From contig CAWFQB010000001.1 of NCBI GenBank assembly GCA_963817895.1, positions 544,001-608,000 of the forward strand: a stretch of DNA of 64,000 nt. The letters are read 5' to 3'. The stretch comes from an uncultured Chthonomonadaceae bacterium (GTDB lineage Bacteria > Armatimonadota > Chthonomonadetes > Chthonomonadales > Chthonomonadaceae). Positions within the stretch are counted from its first letter, which is position 1, and each line of letters begins with the position of its first letter. Shown here piece by piece: positions 59,288-64,000 of this stretch. The translations under genes and the position numbers were made by a program. The notes under the pieces are model-generated. The model was not told the DNA's origin, made no database searches, and worked only from the letters and a program-made list of their open reading frames with translations.

Positions 59288-60715
59288 ATGGACATACCCC
59301 CGCAGGAACTGGAAATTTGCCTGAATGTGTTACAGCGCGTGGCGGACGATCCGGCCATGATCGATGACCATGCGCGGATGAAGGCGCTGATCGCCAAAAT
59401 CCACAAGACGGGCAAAAAAGGCGAACGACTGGCAGGGCGCGGCACGGAACGCGAGGCAGACCGGCAGGCGAAAGCAGAAACGGAACTGGTGCGGGCGCAA
59501 AGCGGGCAAGGCCAGTTCAGGCGATTGCCTGCGCCCCTGCCGTCTGTCGAACCTGCCGAACCGAACGCCACTTCTCCGAACACGCTTCACAAAGCGACGC
59601 GCTGCTATATCTGCAAACAGATGTACGCGCAACTTCACTTCTTTTATCATCTGCTGTGTCCCGATTGCGCCGCGCTCAACTACGCGAAACGGATGCAGCG
59701 GGCCGACCTGACCGGGCGAATCGCGCTGGTCACGGGCGGGCGTATCAAAATCGGCTATCAAACCGTTTTGCGCCTGCTGCGGGATGGCGCGACCGTTCAT
59801 GTCACCACGCGTTTTGCCCACGACGCGCGGGAACGTTTCCAAAAGGAACCGGATTGGGACGAGTGGCAATCTCGCCTGCACGTTTACGCGCTGGATTTGC
59901 GGCATCTTCCGAGCGTGGAAGCGTTCGCTCAACATTTGTTGAATACCCTTCCGCATTTAGATATTGTGATTCACAACGCCGCGCAAACGGTGAAGCGTCC
60001 CCTCGCCTTTTATCAGCATTTACTGCGGGAGGAACAACTCGACGAACCGCGCGAAGCGATTTCTTCACTATCGGCACAGGGGCAAAATATAATTCTTGCT
60101 CCGCAACAATCTTCCGTGCTGCTGGAGAATCAGGCGGGGTATGCTGGGCATTTGGGCGGCGATATGAGCGCGTACTTTCCGCCCGATGCGTGGGACGCGG
60201 ACGGGCAGAAATTAGATACGCGCCCCGTCAACAGTTGGGCCTTGCGCCTGCACGAAGTGAGCGCGATAGAGATGCTGGAGGTGCAGTTGGTCAACTCCGT
60301 CGCGCCGTTTCTGCTCAACAGCCAGCTCAAACCGTTGCTGCTGCGTTCGCCGTTTGCCCGCCGCTTCATCGTCAACGTGTCGGCGATGGAGGGGCAGTTC
60401 GCCCGCGAAAGCAAAACCGTGTTTCACCCGCACACGAATATGGCAAAAGCCGCGCTGAATATGATGACGCGCACATCGGCAGGGGATTACGCGCAGGACG
60501 GCATTTACATGAACAGCGTGGATACGGGTTGGATCACGGATGAGAACCCCCACGCCAAAAAAACGTACCTTCAGGAAGCCAAAGGCTTTTACACGCCGCT
60601 GGATATTCTGGACGGCATGGCCCGCATCTACGATCCCATCGCGCAGGGCGTCAACTCGCCCGATACGCCCCTGTACGGCCATTTTCTGAAAGACTACGCG
60701 CCCCATTCGTGGTAG
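59288..60715 (+). CDS. SDR family oxidoreductase with N-terminal CxxC...CxxC module
   Basis: CYICKQ...FYHLLCPDC; ALVTGGRIKIG; HNAAQTV; NVSAMEG; HPHTNMAKAALNM; SVDTGWITDE. Confidence 0.9.
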   Translation: MDIPPQELEICLNVLQRVADDPAMIDDHARMKALIAKIHKTGKKGERLAGRGTEREADRQAKAETELVRAQSGQGQFRRLPAPLPSVEPAEPNATSPNTLHKATRCYICKQMYAQLHFFYHLLCPDCAALNYAKRMQRADLTGRIALVTGGRIKIGYQTVLRLLRDGATVHVTTRFAHDARERFQKEPDWDEWQSRLHVYALDLRHLPSVEAFAQHLLNTLPHLDIVIHNAAQTVKRPLAFYQHLLREEQLDEPREAISSLSAQGQNIILAPQQSSVLLENQAGYAGHLGGDMSAYFPPDAWDADGQKLDTRPVNSWALRLHEVSAIEMLEVQLVNSVAPFLLNSQLKPLLLRSPFARRFIVNVSAMEGQFARESKTVFHPHTNMAKAALNMMTRTSAGDYAQDGIYMNSVDTGWITDENPHAKKTYLQEAKGFYTPLDILDGMARIYDPIAQGVNSPDTPLYGHFLKDYAPHSW

Positions 60716-60827
60716 TGAAATCAGGTTGTCAGGTTGTTCGTTGTTAAGTTGTTAGATTCAGATTTGTATATCACGCCACCAGTACCTACAACGAACAACT
60801 TAACAACCTAACAACGAACAACCTAAC

Positions 60828-62060
60828 ATGACCTTATCACTGGAAGAACTGCAAAATGAGCCGGTGCGCGTCCATTGTCCGATACGGGGCGTGATTGAGA
60901 TTGCGCCGCCGGACGTGGCGGAGATTGCGCCGCTTGTCGCGCATCTACAGGCCAATCAGCCCGTTGCCGAACCGACCTCGTTCCCGCGCGGCACGGTGCT
61001 GGAAGACGGGCGGCTGGATTTGTGCAAGCAGCATTTAGGCGCGTTGGGCTGCCGCATGGTTACGGACGCGCTTACTGTCAACACGACCATTACCAGCCTG
61101 CTGCTCGGCACGGACGGAATCGGCGACGGGGGCGCAGCCGATGTTGCCCGCCTCATAGAGCGAAATACACATCTGGAAATCGTGTATTTGGGCTGCAATT
61201 TCATCAGCGAAACCGGCGCGGCAAAGTTGTCCGCATCGCTGGCGCGTAACACGTCTGTTACCGGGCTGTGGCTGAAGCGCAATCCTTTAGGAGCGAACGG
61301 CGTTCAACATGTTGCGGAGATGCTGTGGCATAACAATACTCTGCGCGTTCTGGATTTGGTCAACACGGAACTGGATGAGGAGGGATTGTCGGCAATCGTA
61401 CTGGCGCTTGTACACAAAAATTATACGCTACAGCGTTTGTATCTGGGTGGTAACGGCATTGGACCTTCGAGCGCAAAAGAACTGAGGTTCCTGTTGTGTA
61501 CGCCAACCTCCTTGAAGGCGCTGTTTCTCAACGTCAACCAATTGGAAGATGCGGGCGTCGCTATACTGGCCGAAGGACTGCAACAAAACGCCACGCTGGA
61601 AGAACTCGGCCTGGGCAGCAACAACATCGGGCCGGAAGGCATGGCAGCGCTGTTGCCTGCGCTTCGCGTCCATCCTGTTTTGAGGGATTTGGATTTGGGT
61701 TACAGCGCGTCCACACAAGTTCTCGGGGCGCAGGGAAACCACATCGGGGATGCGGGCGTGATTCAGATTGCCGAATGGCTGCGCGACAATCCGCCCTTGC
61801 GCCGCCTGAACCTGCGCGGCAACGGCATCGGGCTGGCAGGACGCGCCGCCCTTCATGCCGCGCTGGAAACCAACACCAACCTGCTGCATCTCGCGCTGGA
61901 CACCAAACACGACGCCCACACCGACAGTCTGAACGCCCTGCTGGAACGCAACCGGGCGCAAAACTCTGAAGCGGACACGCTGCTTGCCCGCGACATAACG
62001 CTGATTCGCAGCGTTTACCGCACTGTTCCGGCAGCCATTTCCGTTCCTGCCGGGGATTGA
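60828..62060 (+). CDS. Ribonuclease-inhibitor-like leucine-rich repeat protein
   Basis: FPRGTVLEDGRLDLCKQ N-terminus, then 28-aa RI-type LRRs (LxxLxLxxNxIGxxG). Confidence 0.9.
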   Translation: MTLSLEELQNEPVRVHCPIRGVIEIAPPDVAEIAPLVAHLQANQPVAEPTSFPRGTVLEDGRLDLCKQHLGALGCRMVTDALTVNTTITSLLLGTDGIGDGGAADVARLIERNTHLEIVYLGCNFISETGAAKLSASLARNTSVTGLWLKRNPLGANGVQHVAEMLWHNNTLRVLDLVNTELDEEGLSAIVLALVHKNYTLQRLYLGGNGIGPSSAKELRFLLCTPTSLKALFLNVNQLEDAGVAILAEGLQQNATLEELGLGSNNIGPEGMAALLPALRVHPVLRDLDLGYSASTQVLGAQGNHIGDAGVIQIAEWLRDNPPLRRLNLRGNGIGLAGRAALHAALETNTNLLHLALDTKHDAHTDSLNALLERNRAQNSEADTLLARDITLIRSVYRTVPAAISVPAGD

Positions 62061-62259
62061 AAATCTCGTCGTTACCGATAAATTGACGCAACAAGTTGTG
62101 TCCCTGCGCTTCAACAATTTCCGCGTCCTTAGGACGACTGGCCGCAGGCCATGTAGACAGAGATTTTCAACCACTGGCAAGAATGTATCTGGTAGTGAAC
62201 ACGCGTACAGTAAAGGCGCGCCCGAACGGTTCGGACGCGCCTTTGTGTGCAGCAAATGT

Positions 62260-63606
62260 TCAAACTTTTGGCGAACTGTCGCTGTTGCCGCAGGAGGGGC
62301 GGAGTAACTGCGCCTGGGGAAACGGACTGGACAGGCTTGTGGAGCGCAGAAGTTCGTCGGCAATGGCGGTGGGCGCGGACGTGGGACGCAGCAGGGACGC
62401 GCAGGCAACCTCGGCGCGTTGCCGCTCATGAAGCAGGGGCAGCAGGCGCGTGGCCCGTTCGCGCACATCTACGGTCGCGCCCTCCTGCGCCAATACTGCT
62501 ACCGTTTCCGCCGCCTGCCCGAAGCCGACATGTTCCAGCGCATTGAGCAGGGCGAGTGTCATGCCCGGTTCGGCCTTTGCCAACGCCTGCTCAAACTGAT
62601 GGCGGGTACGCGGGGCAAGATGGTCGCAGTCGGAAGCGTCCAGCAGGGGAAGCAGGCGCAGCAGGGCGGTTCGCGCCATTCGCGCCGGGGTGGGACGCGG
62701 GCCAAGCGCAATGTCCATCAGCAGGGGCAGAGGCCGCTTGTCGTTGAAATGGCCCAACGCTCGAATCGCGCTTTGCGCCAGTCGTCCCCGCTCCCGCGCG
62801 GCGCATAAATTCAGCAGCGGCAGAAACACCACGCACACCAGCAGCATGTATAGAAACACAAGCGGCACAAAACCGGCAACCGCCATGCTGATTCCGACTT
62901 CCAGACTGCTTTCCCATACGGGTACGGATGGGTCTGGCGTGACATGGAACAGAGCCGCGCCCCACGCCACGCAAAATAATGCCGCCACAAGCGTAAACGG
63001 ACGAACAAACGTTTGTCGCGCCCATCGTGTCGGATCGCCCGGAAGTTGCTCGGCAATCACATGCGCCAGTTCCGGGGCGGCGGACGTGTCGCCCATCCGT
63101 TCCAAAACGCCGATAGCCGATTCCATGCCGCTCACGGTCCAGTCGGGCGCTTCCCGCAGAGTCCGGCGCAGAATGGGAACCACGTCCGGCCCGAAGGTGG
63201 GCAGTTCATACGCCGCGCTTTCGCGGATGTGCGGGTCGGGATCGAACAGGGCGCGAACAAGGGTGGGAATGGCCTCTGCAGCGCCGATGCGTCCCAGCGC
63301 GTTAATGCCCGCAACCCGCGCCCACCGCCACGCTTTGCGCCTGCCCAACAGCGCCAGTCGCGCATCGGAGGGGGTTTCCACAAGCGCGCATAAGTCGGCA
63401 AGGGCGGCAGCGTCTTTTGAAGCCCCGGCCTGCGCCGCCAGTTGGTGACAGGAACGCGCGTCGCGCCTGTTCAGCGCCTGCCGCCAGATGGGGGATAGCG
63501 CGGAGATGCCGGAGGAAGCGGAACCGGGCGTGTTCAGGTGCGAGGCCGTGAACAGGGCATCGCGAATATCGTCGTGAGCAGGGGAAGAAGCCCGCATATC
63601 GGTCAT
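62260..63606 (-). CDS. HEAT-repeat membrane protein with triple LLRP/S tail
   Basis: ALGRIGAAEAIPTLVRALFDPDPHIRESAA; two TM helices; LALLNALEHVG; tail SLLRPT...ELLRST...QLLRPS. Confidence 0.75.
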   Translation of the reverse strand: MTDMRASSPAHDDIRDALFTASHLNTPGSASSGISALSPIWRQALNRRDARSCHQLAAQAGASKDAAALADLCALVETPSDARLALLGRRKAWRWARVAGINALGRIGAAEAIPTLVRALFDPDPHIRESAAYELPTFGPDVVPILRRTLREAPDWTVSGMESAIGVLERMGDTSAAPELAHVIAEQLPGDPTRWARQTFVRPFTLVAALFCVAWGAALFHVTPDPSVPVWESSLEVGISMAVAGFVPLVFLYMLLVCVVFLPLLNLCAARERGRLAQSAIRALGHFNDKRPLPLLMDIALGPRPTPARMARTALLRLLPLLDASDCDHLAPRTRHQFEQALAKAEPGMTLALLNALEHVGFGQAAETVAVLAQEGATVDVRERATRLLPLLHERQRAEVACASLLRPTSAPTAIADELLRSTSLSSPFPQAQLLRPSCGNSDSSPKV

Positions 63607-63721
63607 GCAAATTCCTCGGGTGAAAGCAAAGCCTATTGTTTGCAGCGTCTGTGGCAACTGCATGTAGTGACGCCGCGACGCGGTTTGATTGTTCCCCGGA
63701 ATATGGGCTATCTGTCGCGCC

Positions 63722-64000
63722 TCAGAATTGCCTTGTTCCCTCTGTAGCTTCCAGTTCGCGGCGGGTCACGGCATGGCGGTACGCGAACATGGCTTCCAGA
63801 TCGCGGCGGACGAAAAGTGTATTGGCAATCTCCCCGAACGCCCGAGTGGAAGTTCGTAGGTGACGTGGTCGGTCAGGCGGGTGCAGATGGGCGTCAAATC
63901 GGTAAACCGATGCCGATGTTCCCACGACTTGAACGGGCCTTTGCCGGGTAGCTGAATGTCCACAAATCCCGTTGGCGGCGTGATCTCGCAAATCAGGCTG
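63722..64000 (-). CDS. SRPBCC family protein, 3' part (5' end outside window; frameshift near 63845)
   Basis: GFVDIQLPGKGPFKSWEHRHRF...DHVTYELP joins FGEIANTLFVRRDLEAMFAYRH. Confidence 0.8.
   Translation of the reverse strand, partial: QPDLRDHAANGICGHSATRQRPVQVVGTSASVYRFDAHLHPPDRPRHLRTSTRAFGEIANTLFVRRDLEAMFAYRHAVTRRELEATEGTRQF

Overview
GC-rich bacterial chromosomal window. The gene content and repeat style suggest Armatimonadota (Chthonomonadales-like), which is an inference. Most of it is housekeeping and catabolic genes (clpP, uvrC, rbsK, fliQ-fliR-flhB, GH2, sialidase, M28 peptidase, oxidoreductases). About a dozen genes carry single-base frameshifts, mostly in short homopolymers, which points to long-read assembly error. 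Accessory highlights: (1) a PLD-nuclease plus two-MTase restriction-modification cassette bracketed by a 168-bp direct repeat that duplicates the promoter and start codon of the downstream host gene; (2) two tandem tRNA-like RNAs with aberrant anticodon arms inside a regulator-phosphatase-SDR-LRR gene cluster; (3) two copies of an unrecognised structured leader RNA with covarying stems and mutually exclusive terminator/antiterminator folds; (4) a dead cas6 next to a one-spacer CRISPR mini-array that keeps a perfect sigma70 promoter; (5) an AT-rich PD-(D/E)xK nuclease plus NYN island; (6) about 17 elements built from 7- or 9-nt tandem repeats, most as inverted arrays, some inserted in frame in proteins. 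All family assignments come from motif recognition, not database searches.
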